Below are positions 12,636 through 25,755 of a DNA stretch of 64,000 nt, piece after piece. The translations under genes were made by a program, and so were the position numbers. Under the pieces are notes generated by a model. The model did no database searches, was not told where the DNA came from, and worked only from the letters and a program-made list of their open reading frames with translations. The first letter of the stretch is position 1. Each line of letters opens with the position of its first letter. Source of the stretch: Yuukianura sp. NJ FZ-2021 (taxonomy: Eukaryota); contig CM102290.1 of the NCBI GenBank assembly GCA_046563655.1, forward strand, positions 1,550,001 to 1,614,000, given 5' to 3'.

Positions 12636-13627
12636 TCAAGCCTTTGGGCACTCCATGGGGAAATCAATGAGAGCCCTTCCCTTTTCATGGGAAGTTATGA
12701 CAGGTTCTGCCACACAATTGACTCCTAAAACTCCCAGCGTTCGGCTGAAGATGTACATTGTATTGGACTTACCAAGAAGAAGAATCTCTGCCCACAGGAG
12801 AAATGTCCACATTCTTCTGTTGTTGTTGTTCCTGTTGTTGTTGGGTTTGGTTCGTCCAAGTTTCTTCGATGCAGGAGAAAGCCTGTAAGAAAATACAATT
12901 TCACTTTAGTTTTCTTCCGAGACCCTACAATTCATCCAAACTTCTCTTATACTAACTTCACTTCCGTTTTGTTATAGAAGGTATTACGTAAGTTACGTAT
13001 GTAATGTAACACATAAATGTCTCAGGAGACATTTCTGTAGTCTCCAGTGTCTCTCGAGTCTCCTTACAACGTTACAAAGCACAAGTTCTGCAAATCCAAG
13101 ATCAGTCAGAGAGTGACAGAGACAAAGGAGTATGGAGACAAGTACATTTATTACAGGGACAATAGGAGAGACATCATCTACGAAATAAATTGCAGGGTCA
13201 ACAAAATATATTGTTGGTGACATGGGAAACAGCTCTGGAAAATGACAAAAAAAGGAAGAGGGTGGAAATGACCTCCTCTACATTGAATTGGTGCTTAGAA
13301 CACAACAACCACCAAAACTGTATTCAACCGAATTGTGTAAAGGTCAGCTGTGTCAACGGCTACTCGTGTCAACGAACTTAACCAAACCTAGCCTACGGTT
13401 AGGTAAGCATTTCACACTTGACACAATTGACCAATTAACACAATTCTAGTTGACACAATGGCAGTTGATACAATTCAATTGACTCACTGACCTGAGAGTG
13501 TTCCCTTCATTTCTGTCACGTAACTACTGCTTAATGTATCAATTTCAGAATAAAATGTCCCTTACAAAACGATTATCCAAAGTTACTTACTTGGGAACTC
13601 ACTTAATACTCTTAGTTCTTCCTCCAT
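12636..13627 (-). CDS. Hypothetical 4-exon orphan ORF (~151 aa) or spliced non-coding RNA
   Basis: Exons 13627-13591, 13234-12997, 12882-12773 and 12706-12636 join in frame through GT-AG sites (donors GTAAGT, GTAACT, GTAAGT; acceptors TTTTCCAG, TTTCTTACAG, TGGCAG). No recognisable homology. Confidence 0.25.
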
Positions 13628-14059
13628 TTTGATTGCTGACGTTCTTAAAACGAATAAAGATGGACGACGGAACGACGGAAGAAGACAACGCGAGAGAAGG
13701 CATGGAGCAGCAGGAGAACGTAAGGAGGGAGGGAAGGAAGGTGACGAGAGACAACAGTCTGTTACAGTCGCCACCAGTAGAAACCGAATCGCAGTACGTG
13801 CAACAAACCACACTGCGGCTTGACATCCCCCGTTGCGACCTTTTACGCTTTGTACTAGATCATCACATGTTTGTAGTATATGTAAATGTACTGTATGTAT
13901 GTACATAATGTAAAGATACTACGTATTATATTATATAATGGACATGTTTGTTATAGTACAAACTACTATAGGAACAGTTAATACACTACCATTTTATCGA
14001 TAAAGTATCTTTTCTTTAAAAAAAAAGAAATCACCGATAAATGTCTAGATTGGTGAATA

Positions 14060-14129
14060 GAAGTGACAATTTGAATATTTAAGTCGAGAAGTAAATACTT
14101 CTCAACTTAAATATTCAAATTGTCACTTC
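14060..14129. repeat. Near-perfect 70-bp palindrome (34-bp arms, 2-nt spacer, 1 mismatch)
   Basis: GAAGTGACAATTTGAATATTTAAGTCGAGAAGTA-AA-TACTTCTCAACTTAAATATTCAAATTGTCACTTC. Confidence 0.9.
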
Positions 14130-17100
14130 CAAGGACATTTATACGTTAGCCTAGGCGGTATCCCACAAAGATAGCACCCATCGATTTCAAATGTTGTCCA
14201 AATTTATTGGTTTGTTACAATAATCTGCATTACTTTTAAATTATTTATGCATTATGTTGTGATATTTTCAGAGAACTCAACCAAACACGAGAATGTCGCA
14301 CGACACTGTGCATTTCGGTCGTTCCAAGGTGCGACTTCTCATTACAAATAAGGAATTCCATTTTTGTTTCCAGTTGTTTTTTAGAATTTGATCTAGAAAT
14401 ACTTTCAGTATTGTGATGATGAGTTTGGCGACTACGTCGTGGATGTTTACGAGCTTAATTTGTTCTAGCAATAGGTAGAACATGCCTGTGAAGCAGGTAG
14501 CTGCTAGAACTAAATTTGGCACACCTAGCGGCGGAGTTTGTTCGTGTAGCGACTACAACATACTGTATAGACGAAAATGGAAATGAATATTTCAAACTCA
14601 AAAGGCGTCCTTTTTTTTTACCGCGCTTTAGCTGAAGAAGTTGAGACCTCGCAAACTCATTTCATTTTTCACTCACAATAACATTTTAATTATATTTTTG
14701 AAGAAACTAAAATTAAATTATTTAAATATTTCCAATTAAAAAATAATAGATTCAGTGTTGCCTTACCTCATTTCCAGTACTTCCACACAAAATACTTTTT
14801 GAAAAAAGTATAAGTCTTCTTCGTTGTTATCCAACTTTTCTGGTGACAATTGCAAAGGGCCTAAGTTTTTTTTTCAAAACTTGAAGCTTTTAACAGGATG
14901 TGACGGTAAAGTTGATTTCTTCGAAGAAAGGATTGTTAAATATTGCAGAAAATGCAAGTTTTTTAGATCTCCGTGTCTGTCGAATTTATGTTTGAAGTTT
15001 TGATCTAGTATTTGTTTAGCAGATAGAAAAGCACCTTTCAATTAATAATACACCTTGAGATATTCACTGTTGAGGTAACATAGGGCAAAGTCAAACATTT
15101 GGACAGAGTCATAGTGTGTCTAACAATTTGAAAATGAAGCGAGCTTTGATTTCCTTTTGAAGCTGCACAAGATGAAGGAGCAGCAGAAGAAAAACAAAAA
15201 CGAAAAGACTTTTCTCCTTTGAAACGTCAGAGAACTTTCTCCTTTGAATTTTTCTTCCTTAAAAAAAGTAAGACGTTCGGAACTAACGTTAGTGAGGAGG
15301 TATATTCGATGCGAGAGGAAATTCGTAGTCACTGTTCACCTGTCCCAGGTAGGTATAGGAAAAGAAAGCACCACCACACCAATCAGTGTGTCACAAAAGA
15401 AAAGCGAAAACTTTTTTTTTCGGTTTTTGACTTTGCTACGATTTGTTGCAGTAAGTCAGTGTTCTAAAAATTCTGAGCAACACGAGCAAGTTTCTTTCTG
15501 GCCTGATTCCCCTATTTTCTGTTCATCCAAGAAACTAAAATGGTAAAACACTAACGTCTGACTAAGTTACAGTAAATGTCACAGCTCTTCTAAGGTCAAA
15601 CTTCCTAAGGTCACTTTCCTCGTTTCCAGTTAGATTAGCCCAAAGAAACTGAAATTAATTAGCACCGATAGACTTCACTCAAAGTTTTCGTCTGAGAGGA
15701 AACGTAGCCGCTGCTGAGAGCCTATGTATGACTGGGGTACTGTAAAAGCCCAAGATTAAGATCAGGCTTTTTGGATGGAGAAACGGAAACGGAGAGGTAC
15801 ACGCAACGGAGATGGGACGTCTCTTGATTATTTTTAGAACGCGAGACTTCTTTTAACGGGTTAAGCTTCCACTGTACGAAAGTTGTTACTGTTCCAATAG
15901 TTCTCTATTAATTAATATTCCTAGAGACCTCTTGAGAGGACCTATTATCACCTATTACGTTTCTGGAGGTCAGTTGGGGTTCAAAGGTGCGTGAGAGTGT
16001 TAATTAGACCTTGGTCAGAGTCACACCTTCTCACGTTCCACCAAGGCTGGACTTGGCCGTACGTTGGGTGAAGTGAAAGTAAGTGAGGGTTGGCAAAGTG
16101 AAAGTGAGTAATTATGACAAGGGTGATTTAAGTTTACCATAAATTTTGATTAGGTTTCTACTCCGGGGGCGAATGGGAAATGGCCATGGTAGTTGAAATA
16201 TGATACAAGTCGAAGGTTGGCGCCAAAAGTTAAACTATTGTTAGGTTATGTATGAAGATGACTTATTTTCCCCTCCGAGTCTTTTGCTCAAAAATATTTA
16301 CATGACTGAGCACCTAGTGCTATCAAACCCGAACAACTCAAAAAGACGCTGGAATAAAAAATAAAAGTGAAAGCGTTGAATGGTAGCGTCGCTGCGCTTT
16401 CGTTGATGAAACTGATAATGACGCGGAAAAGAAGTGTTGAAGAGTAAGCACGGTCTTTTAAGTTTTTTGATCAAAAAAGAAAACTTTGAACTTCTTGAAA
16501 GTCCTGACGAGCACCAGCGCGAAAAAGTTGACGCCGTTGAAGAGAACTGCTGACAAATGACTGAGAAATAGTATAGAGTAGGCAACGTGTTTCACCTTAC
16601 TGCCGAGCAGTTGTGCCTACCTTGTGTCGTTTTCCCTGTCTCAGACTGCACTAAAAAGACTTGCTGGAAGCGACCACTTCTTCCAAACCCTTTTCACTTC
16701 CTTTAGAGCAGGGAAGCCACTGCTTCTCAGGTTGGAGAAAAGTGCCGGTAAAGGGGACGCATGTGCCTTCAAAGCCTCTTTCTACATGCTAATCCCACTT
16801 TCACAAATGTACACAAGGTAACAAGGGGATCCTCCAGGAAGGATACATGGGAGTTTCACTTGTAGAGAAAACAGATTCAAACAAAGCCCGTTTATGATAC
16901 AACGGGAAGGAGAGAACAGAAGTAGTAAATTAAATATTAAATCGCCAGAAACTTACAATCTTTGCCCTTGACCTTTGCCTTGTCTTCAAAAACTGAGTTT
17001 GATGGTCTTAAAATTTTCTTGGATTTTGAACTTTGTAATAACTATTTCCAACAATAACTTTCAGAAATTGTTCAAAAGTTTTCGACTTGTTAGCTTTTTG

Positions 17101-20100
17101 TTGCGCGAGTTGAACTTTCTCTCAGGGCTTCTTAACGTACAAGCAGTTTTTGTGAAAAAGTGTCCGTGCAATTCCAGCAACACTTTTTGTTGCTCTTGTC
17201 GATCCGTGTTTGACTTTTGGCCAATGAAAAGTGTTACTATTCGACGGAATTTAACAAAATGTAACATTAATATAATATAGGTTCATTTGCTATTTGATAC
17301 AAATACATTTCGCTAATTACTTTTCGTGAAAGGATGTGGCTAATAATAATGAATTAAGGCAAAAACTTTGTGTTATTAAAAAAAATTGCGGTAAATTCGC
17401 GAATAATTTAAACCACTATATAAGGGGTTTAAATTGAAAACTACACTAGATGAAGCAGTGTTTTTCCTACTTAGTGAATTTCTGTTAATTTCTAACGCCT
17501 GAATTTGAGAACTTTGGGTTTACAAAATCGATTAGTTCTTTTAACTTTATTTTCTTTATTTAGAAAAATAGAAGCAGCTTTCATATTTTTTAGAAATTAG
17601 ATTTTATTGCACTCTGACATTTCATTTAAAACAAGAACTGTTTGCATTTCCTTAATTTTGGCGCACGCTAGCTGATGTTTTAGCGCTGAGGCGACAGTTT
17701 CCGTATGATTTGGTACATCTCGGCCAAGCGTTAAGTCTTCTGCATTTCCAGAAGGACTGAAAACGTCTGGTTGGTACTGCTGGAGGGAATGTTGCGTTGT
17801 TTCATGTTGTTGGGCTGTGGTGCATTAAGTCGTTCCTTCAATTAGCCCAAAGAATGAAAGCTTGAGTGAGTGGGATTGGCTCTTTATGCCAAGATCAGCA
17901 CAGAGTTAACGCTTGGTTTAACCCTTTGAGCCCTAATTCCCTTTTCCCGGTAAAGAAAGCATGGAAAGTGACTCTAACCCTGTTACAACATGGTCCAAAA
18001 TGTATCTTATCCTAACACACCCTAACATCCATTCCTCCAATTTACCCACATCTCTCCAGAGACAAACTTAACTTGATACAGAGGCCTTCCGCCCTGGTCC
18101 ACCCGTCCGCCTCTGATTACAATCGACTAGAAACAAATTTTCAAATCTTCAAAGAATTTCAAATAGAAAATGAACTTTTCCGAAAGAGTTTTTCCCTGAA
18201 GCAATTTCTACTTTAAACCGTGCAACCTCAAGCGTCCACTTTCTACTACATGAAAACCAGTCGAACTGGAACAAGATTTGGGTTTTAAAATGTAGTTAGT
18301 AAAGCGACGTAAGGAATGCTGCATTAGCATTCCTAGAACCGAAAAATGTGAAGAAAGTTAAGCCATTACGCTAAACATGCAGCCACCTCCTGCTCTTTAA
18401 ATCGCGTTTTTACTTTCTCTTTTCAATATTCCATTCTCAGCAAACATACAAAGGAGAAAATGGCAGAAAAAAATTTACTGTTAAGATAAAGAAATTGAGG
18501 TTAAATTCGCATTAATCGTGACTAAATACCGTAATATTAGAGAGAGTGAGTGATTATAATCAAGTGGATTTTGGTTCAAATCCAAAAGTATACACTACCA
18601 TAATCAACATTTTTGTGGTAAGTTCCTACACAACGTTATGGAGCATTGGGGGCATTCTGGGGAAAGACGAAGTTCGTACCTAAGGTAAACCTAAACTAAG
18701 TAACGAGTACAGGAACTTATAGGTTGGTGGGTCCCTTCGGGTGCTCTCTGCGTGGGAAATTCAAGGGCCCATAACTCTTGATAAAGGAAGTGAAAACTCG
18801 GAGCAAGATCATATCTGGCACAAGGTGGGAACCCAGGGCACAACTTTCTCCAGTCTAACCTACGGCAGACGCCTGCCTTTCCCTACTTTATTATTGAGAT
18901 TCACTCTGCCTGTACACTATGACCCAAAAGTCAGGCTTCGAAATAGAACAGAATAATAAAAGTAAGCCTAAATATTTTATATACAAAAGTTGCGCATGAA
19001 GCATAAAAACCAAGAAAAGACGTGCAAAAAGAAAAACTAACTTTGGAGTCACAATTTGTCCCGTAAGGTTTGTGAACAATTTGGCACACGGTGTACATTT
19101 TGCCTCCAGACGCTACTTATTGTATTTCTAGACTGGGAAAGTTTTTTGCAACGGAAATCGGCACTGAAATCTCTATCTCCGTTTTCTTTCCTGCCGAGTC
19201 GCTTATTTGGCTCATTCATATTTCCGCTTCAAAACTTGCAATCTTTCCATCTTTTCCGACTCCTCCTCAACATTTATGCAAAATGCTTACGGAAAGTGCA
19301 ACAGGGAAGAGAACTGGATACTGGATGAAGACGTACAACACTGCCACAATTGATTCTTTTCAAAGGAAAGTAAAATTATGAACTTTCCTTTTCCAAATCC
19401 TTTTACATCCAAATTTTTCAAAGGCTATGAAATTTTTCGGATAGTTTTCACAATTCCTTGTTTTCACAAAGGAAACATTAAATTTTGCTGGATCCTAACG
19501 TAACCTAAGGCTCGTCTAGCCTAACCCTAACCTTGTATGATCATGATGCTCTTCCCAATGGTCTGGAAGAAAACATTGAACGCTGAAAACTTTTCTGTTT
19601 GGCTGGAGAAAATAGTGGATCGGCAGTGGAGAGGGAGCGTAGATTTATTAATGGGAGCCCCACCGCATCCACCAAGCATAAAACACTTCCAAATGACCAC
19701 CTCAAGTGGGATTTATCCCTCCACGCTCAGCCGCATCATTAATTTATAATGGACCTTTTGTGGGACGTTTATTGAGAGCAGAAGTTATTGGAACTCGGAG
19801 TTCATAATTTCACCGTTCAGAAAGAACGGAGCGAAGATCTGAGGTCAGAGGTCAGCTCTCAGAGCTCTTTTTTTTCAAATACTGCTGGAAAAGTACAATG
19901 TTGAATGTTGCAAGTTGGAACTTTTATTTTCTGAACACGTTCACATAGCTTAGAAATTCGGGAGTACTAAAGTCCCATCTCTCTTCTTGATTCTGACAGA
20001 CAGGTGAGAACTGTGAGGTCGTAAGTGAGGCAAAGGTGATTGGGATCCTCCACGTTCTGCAAGGAGAAAGTTAAGCTTTCACTCAACTCTACAATTCTCC

Positions 20101-21044
20101 TTTGTTTTACATTGTAGACGCCAAACCAAAACGTAGGAAGCATGTTTTATTTTCTAAATTCAAAAAAATTGTTTCACTGCAGCCCTAGACGCCTAAATCG
20201 ATGGAAATAGAAACGTCAATGTTAATCTAAACGATAATAATACAATTTCTAACTCCGGAATTCTAAAATTTGTTTTAGTTTAGTGATTCATGTTAAACAA
20301 ACGAAATTAATGAAAATAGTTATTGCTTTTCTTATTAAAATTTTGACCACAAAAATGAATATTGAACAGAAATGATCACAACGAGCAGCACCTAAACTGC
20401 TATGCAAGTCATATTTTTTGCAAAGTTGACCTTGTGTTAGTCCTCGTGTTAAAAGTCAAGTCGCAAGCCTTTCTTTCCTATACTTGGAAACATCTCACCA
20501 CTAGTAACGAAAGTGGCAAGTTTCACGCCAAGTTAACCTTAAGGGCCCTCGGCCCTTAGCGTAAGAGCAAACACTCAATTTGGAAACATGTTCCGCTCTG
20601 CTTCCAATCCTCAGAAAAATATATTCTTCGTTTAGAGTCAGAATAAACCTCAACAGAACGTAGTGTTAGCATTTGGTTTTGTATTAGAATGTATGGAAAC
20701 TTACCCAAGTAAGTTACACAAAATATAACATATCAATCGTACTTGTTTAAAAAATTGCACAGGTCACGTTTAGTTAATAAAGGAATCATGTGTATTACAA
20801 ACATAAATCAATACAATTAGTTATTCAGTGGTAAGAGGTACAAATTAAATATTAAACATACAGCTAATCAATTATTTGTCGTTTATCCCTAAAGTCTTTT
20901 GCTTGTCAACTTTGGAATTGATGCTGGGGGCTAAAGCTGGGTGGTGATAAATAAATGGCCAGCAAAAAATATTGATTACAGTTGCTAGGGAAAAACGTCG
21001 TTCAGACAAATGAGGTAGGCTGTAAGATTTCCCCAAAATGGCAT

Positions 21045-22164
21045 TCAAGTAGCCACTGTCCTTGGTTCTGGTGTGGAAATCCGGCTCCTTGTGGATGTTG
21101 GTGGAGATGTGCTAGCACTTCTAAATCTACCGCCAGCTAAATGAAAGGCAATCCAGAGAACCACAGTCAATATGACATAATTCGGAAGTATCGACGCGTA
21201 GTAGTCTCCACGAGCATTCAAAAATGTCTGAAATGTCAAACAGAAAAGCATTAGACAAACTGAATTAGTAAGTTAATTCTTCCATCCATCATTTCTCTGA
21301 TGAAAACAATGGTAGTACTTCTGAATTCGAGGGCAAACGTATCTGATTTTACAACCTGCCAGATCTTATTTGACTCACCAGACATGAACAGCAGAAATGT
21401 GAAAATGGAACAAAGGCAATGAGGAAGTAGTTTGAATTATCGATTCCATGAAAGAAAATGACTCCCCATGCCATGTGAAGAAAAATGAAGCAGAGCGTAG
21501 TGAGAGATGTAGTGATGAAAAAGGAAGACCCCTGAGGTCCTCCATGTATTCCAAGGGTACCGGGTCCAACGGAATCCGCTAGAACGTTGATAAAGGCAAA
21601 TGCACCACTCATGATACCAAAACCAAGTCCAGCAACTGAAATATGAAACAACAAAAACAGGATTCATCTCATCATTAAATATTGATTTGGAAGAATCAGA
21701 CAATTTCATTTCTGAGATTACCGTAAGCCAATATGTACTTGTTGTCGATTAGTTTGCTCCCATTCTCCGTCACTTTTTCAAGTCCTACTTCAGCCTTTCT
21801 CAGTAGAAGATATACGACATATCTAAGTAGTTCTTGTAAAAACACTGAACAGCCGACACTAACTATGAGTAGAGTGTCTCCGAGACCCAATCTTAGAAGC
21901 CTCCACAGAAGAGAGGATAGTAGCAGAGATATGAGCCAGAAGAATGCACTGCAATTAAGAAGACGCCACATCATATTTAGCGATGTGTTTTGAGAGTATT
22001 ACTGGACAAATTATAGTTAATCACCCAGTTAATCATTTAAATGTGACTTGCCTTGCTATCAAAATGATGATTTTAATGGGGTCATTGGCAATTGTTAGAC
22101 AGAAGAGAGACAACGGAGGGCCGAATGCAATGAAGGCACAACCGAAGAATTCCATAACAGTCAT
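21045..22164 (-). CDS. aph-1: Gamma-secretase subunit Aph-1 (259 aa, 4 exons)
   Basis: Exons 22164-22052, 21948-21722, 21635-21379, 21227-21045. Translation MTVMEFFGCAFIAFGPP...IASAFFWLISLLLSS...GLGFGIMSGAF..NVLADSVGPGTLGIHG is typical of Aph-1. Intron 1 is GC-AG. Confidence 0.96.
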
Positions 22165-22837
22165 TTTCGATTAAAGCTAACGGAAGTATGGTTAGACGAA
22201 AGGTATCCACTCCGCGAGTAAATTGTCTGTAAAAAAAAATCCAACCCAGCCTAGTAATAAGTTACAATACAAAACGCTGCCTTCAGAATTCAGTCGGTAT
22301 TTCTACTTCTGTCGTCCTCGACCGTCGACCGTAATCATAGCGTTAGCATACCTACTACTGTTTTCCCTTGGACTTCGATTTTCTCGCTTCCGGAAGAAGT
22401 TACTACAACATAAAACAAATTTTCCTATAATCTTTTGTCATTTGCCAGATGCTTAGTAAATAGTTTAACACTATGGGAATTTAAGTAAATAGATCAACAG
22501 ATGACTCAGAATGGCAATGGCAGGATGACAAACAAACCTTGGGGTAACGCAACGTAACCAAAATGTTCAATGTTCTAACCTGTAGTGGTCCACGTGTTAA
22601 CTAGTGTCGGCAAAAGTGCTATCGATTAATAATTGGTGCTTAACACTTCTCAAGTTAATTGTCAACATTTGACCAGGAAGGAGGAGCAATTGGCAGAATT
22701 TTAGGGTTAGGATAAAAGCCTGAAACTCAGATAAGTCAGAAAAAGAGGTTGGAAAAATCGCACAAAGGTGAAGAAAACTCAGATCAACTGAAAACAAGTC
22801 TCAGGGTTGACTCGTTGGTCAAAGTAACACAAAAATG

Positions 22838-24662
22838 ACTTGTACACTTACTTTTTGAGGATTTGGAATTTTGAAAAATTCAGCTGAAATTCAACTTTTG
22901 GATATATTTGGCTTGCCGAGGATTCACGCGTACTCTACCGTCTTGAAATGTCGGTCTCGTGAAAAATTGACCTGTTCTCTAACTTTTTGACGTGTCCAAA
23001 TTTTTAAAAATTCACTTGTACACTTACTTTTTGAGGATTTGGAATTTTGAAAAATTCAGCTGAAATTCAACTTTTGGATATATTTGGCTTGCCGAGGATT
23101 CACGCGTACTCTACCGTCTTGAAATGTCGGTCTCGTGAAAAATTGACCTGTTCTCTAACTTTTTGACGTGTCCAAATTTTTAAAAATTCACTTGTACACT
23201 TACTTTTTGAGGATTTGGAATTTTGAAAAATTCAGCTGAAATTCAACTTTTGGATATATTTGGCTTGCCGAGGATTCACGCGTACTCTACCGTCTTGAAA
23301 TGTCGGTCTCGTGAAAAATTGACCTGTTCTCCAACTTTTTGACGTGTCCAAATTTTTAAAAATTCACTTGTACACTTACTTTTTGAGGATTTGGAATTTT
23401 GAAAAATTCAGCTGAAATTCAACTTTTGGATATATTTGGCTTGCCGAGGATTCACGCGTACTCTACCGTCTTGAAATGTCGGTCTCGTGAAAAATTGACC
23501 TGTTCTCTAACTTTTTGACGTGTCCAAATTTTTAAAAATTCACTTGTACACTTACTTTTTGAGGATTTGGAATTTTGAAAAATTCAGCTGAAATTCAACT
23601 TTTGGATATATTTGGCTTGCCGAGGATTCACGCGTACTCTACCGTCTTGAAATGTCGGTCTCGTGAAAAATTGACCTGTTCTCTAACTTTTTGACGTGTC
23701 CAAATTTTTAAAAATTCACTTGTACACTTACTTTTTGAGGATTTGGAATTTTGAAAAATTCAGCTGAAATTCAACTTTTGGATATATTTGGCTTGCCGAG
23801 GATTCACGCGTACTCTACCGTCTTGAAATGTCGGTCTCGTGAAAAATTGACCTGTTCTCTAACTTTTTGACGTGTCCAAATTTTTAAAAATTCACTTGTA
23901 CACTTACTTTTTGAGGATTTGGAATTTTGAAAAATTCAGCTGAAATTCAACTTTTGGATATATTTGGCTTGCCGAGGATTCACGCGTACTCTACCGTCTT
24001 GAAATGTCGGTCTCGTGAAAAATTGACCTGTTCTCTAACTTTTTGACGTGTCCAAATTTTTAAAAATTCACTTGTACACTTACTTTTTGAGGATTTGGAA
24101 TTTTGAAAAATTCAGCTGAAATTCAACTTTTGGATATATTTGGCTTGCCGAGGATTCACGCGTACTCTACCGTCTTGAAATGTCGGTCTCGTGAAAAATT
24201 GACCTGTTCTCTAACTTTTTGACGTGTCCAAATTTTTAAAACTTCACTTGTACACTTACTTTTTGAGGATTTGGAATTTTGAAAAATTCAGCTGAAATTC
24301 AACTTTTGGATATATTTGCCTTGCCGAAAATTCACGCCTACTCTACCCTCTCGAAATGTTGGTCTCGTGAAAAATTGACCTGTTCTCTAACTTTTTGACG
24401 TGACAAAATTTTTTGACAAAATTTCACTTTCACTTTTACTTTTTGAGGAATTGGAATTTTGAAAAATTCAGCTGAAATTCAACTTTTGGATATATTTGCC
24501 TTGCCGAAAGTTTACGCGTACTGGCGTACTCTACCCTCTCGAAATGTTGGTCTCGTGAAAAATTGACCTGTTCTCTAACTTTTTGACGTGACAAAATTTT
24601 TTGACAAAATTTCACTTTTACGTTTACTTTTCGAGGAATTCTAACTTTGGAAAATTCAGCTG
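22838..24662 (+). repeat. 176-bp tandem satellite array (~10.3 units)
   Basis: ACTTGTACACTTACTTTTTGAGG starts at 22838, 23014, 23190, 23366, 23542, 23718, 23894, 24070 and 24246. A diverged unit follows at ~24426 and a partial one at ~24615. Confidence 0.98.
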
Positions 24663-24691
24663 TCGTAAAATCTTAAAAGTGAATTATAATT

Positions 24692-24895
24692 TATAACAAC
24701 GTCTCGATTCTCCGCAAGTTTCCTATAACAGCGGCTCGATTCTTCGCAAGCTTTTTATAACCTCGGCTCGATTCTCCGCAAGCTTCTTATAACAGCGCTT
24801 CGATTCTTCGCAAGCTTTTTATAACAGCGCCTCAATTTTCTTATAACAGCGCCTCGATTTTCCGCAAGCTTCTTATAACAACGATTTTCTGCAAG
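24692..24895 (+). repeat. ~31-bp minisatellite (TATAACAGCGCCTCGATTCTCCGCAAGCTTCT)
   Basis: About 6 degenerate units of CTCGATT(C/T)T(C/T)CGCAAG...TATAAC immediately after the 176-bp array. Confidence 0.85.
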
Positions 24896-25528
24896 AAAAA
24901 AGCTTGCAGAAAATGTTCGTTTTGATTTTCTGCAAGGAAACTTTGCTTGTGTTTTTTAAAACAAGCTTGCAGCAAATCGCGTTGAAAAGCAGTCGATCTC
25001 CCCTCATACATCGCTCATAAAAATATCGAATGACATATCCTCATATATGGGGGGAGATTCGCTGTTAGTAAATGACCGTCACGTAAAATTCAAGTACAAA
25101 TTAAATTCAAACTGACGATGAGACAAACTGAGTCTCGTAACGTTGAAATTCCAGCATTCGACATATGTAAACCAGGCGATTTCACCAACCAACTGGATGG
25201 TTAAACGACGCTTAAAATGGCGCCGCAGGCAAGTTACTAAATATCTACGGTTTTAGTAAAGTATTAGGCATCGGCTGCAATACACTCGGGACCTATTGTG
25301 AAAATTAGGAATTAAAAATAATTATAGTTTTTTGATTCTCATGCTCGAAACTACAACCCTTAATTCTGCATGTTAAAAACGTTTACAGTAAGCATTGATG
25401 TACTCTACGACTTAAGTCGTGCAGATATACGTTGCGAACGCTCGGGTTTACAAAATAGTAGTGTGCAATAAATCGTTGAGTATAACAGCAAATCTCCCCT
25501 CATATTCATGGAGTTTAAAATCGAGATA

Positions 25529-25755
25529 CAGGACTCCACCAGTTTTAGAAACTCGCTCTGATTGGCTCACTCCTCTATTCTCCTCCCACCGTTACCGTAA
25601 AACTTCAGTTGGTGTGCAAGAAAGTTGTTTTGAGATTGAGATTGGACATACAGAGCAGAGGTGTTTACTTTTTTCCCTCCACTCATCGGAATTTCGGGGT
25701 AGAAGTGGAAGGAGAAAGAGTGGGAGGGTCAGTTTCTAAAACTGGTGGAGTCCTG
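25529..25755. mobile_element. Tc1/mariner-type MITE (25-bp perfect TIR, TA target duplication)
   Basis: TA|CAGGACTCCACCAGTTTTAGAAACT ... AGTTTCTAAAACTGGTGGAGTCCTG|TA. Confidence 0.88.

Noticed and set aside
14277..17280. Several 65-100 aa ORFs and coding-looking stretches
   Set aside because: Interrupted by stops, with no recognisable motifs and no consistent splice chain. Probably decayed repeats or chance ORFs.
22838..24662. CRISPR-like array
   Set aside because: Units are contiguous and identical with no unique spacers. The context is eukaryotic and there are no cas genes.
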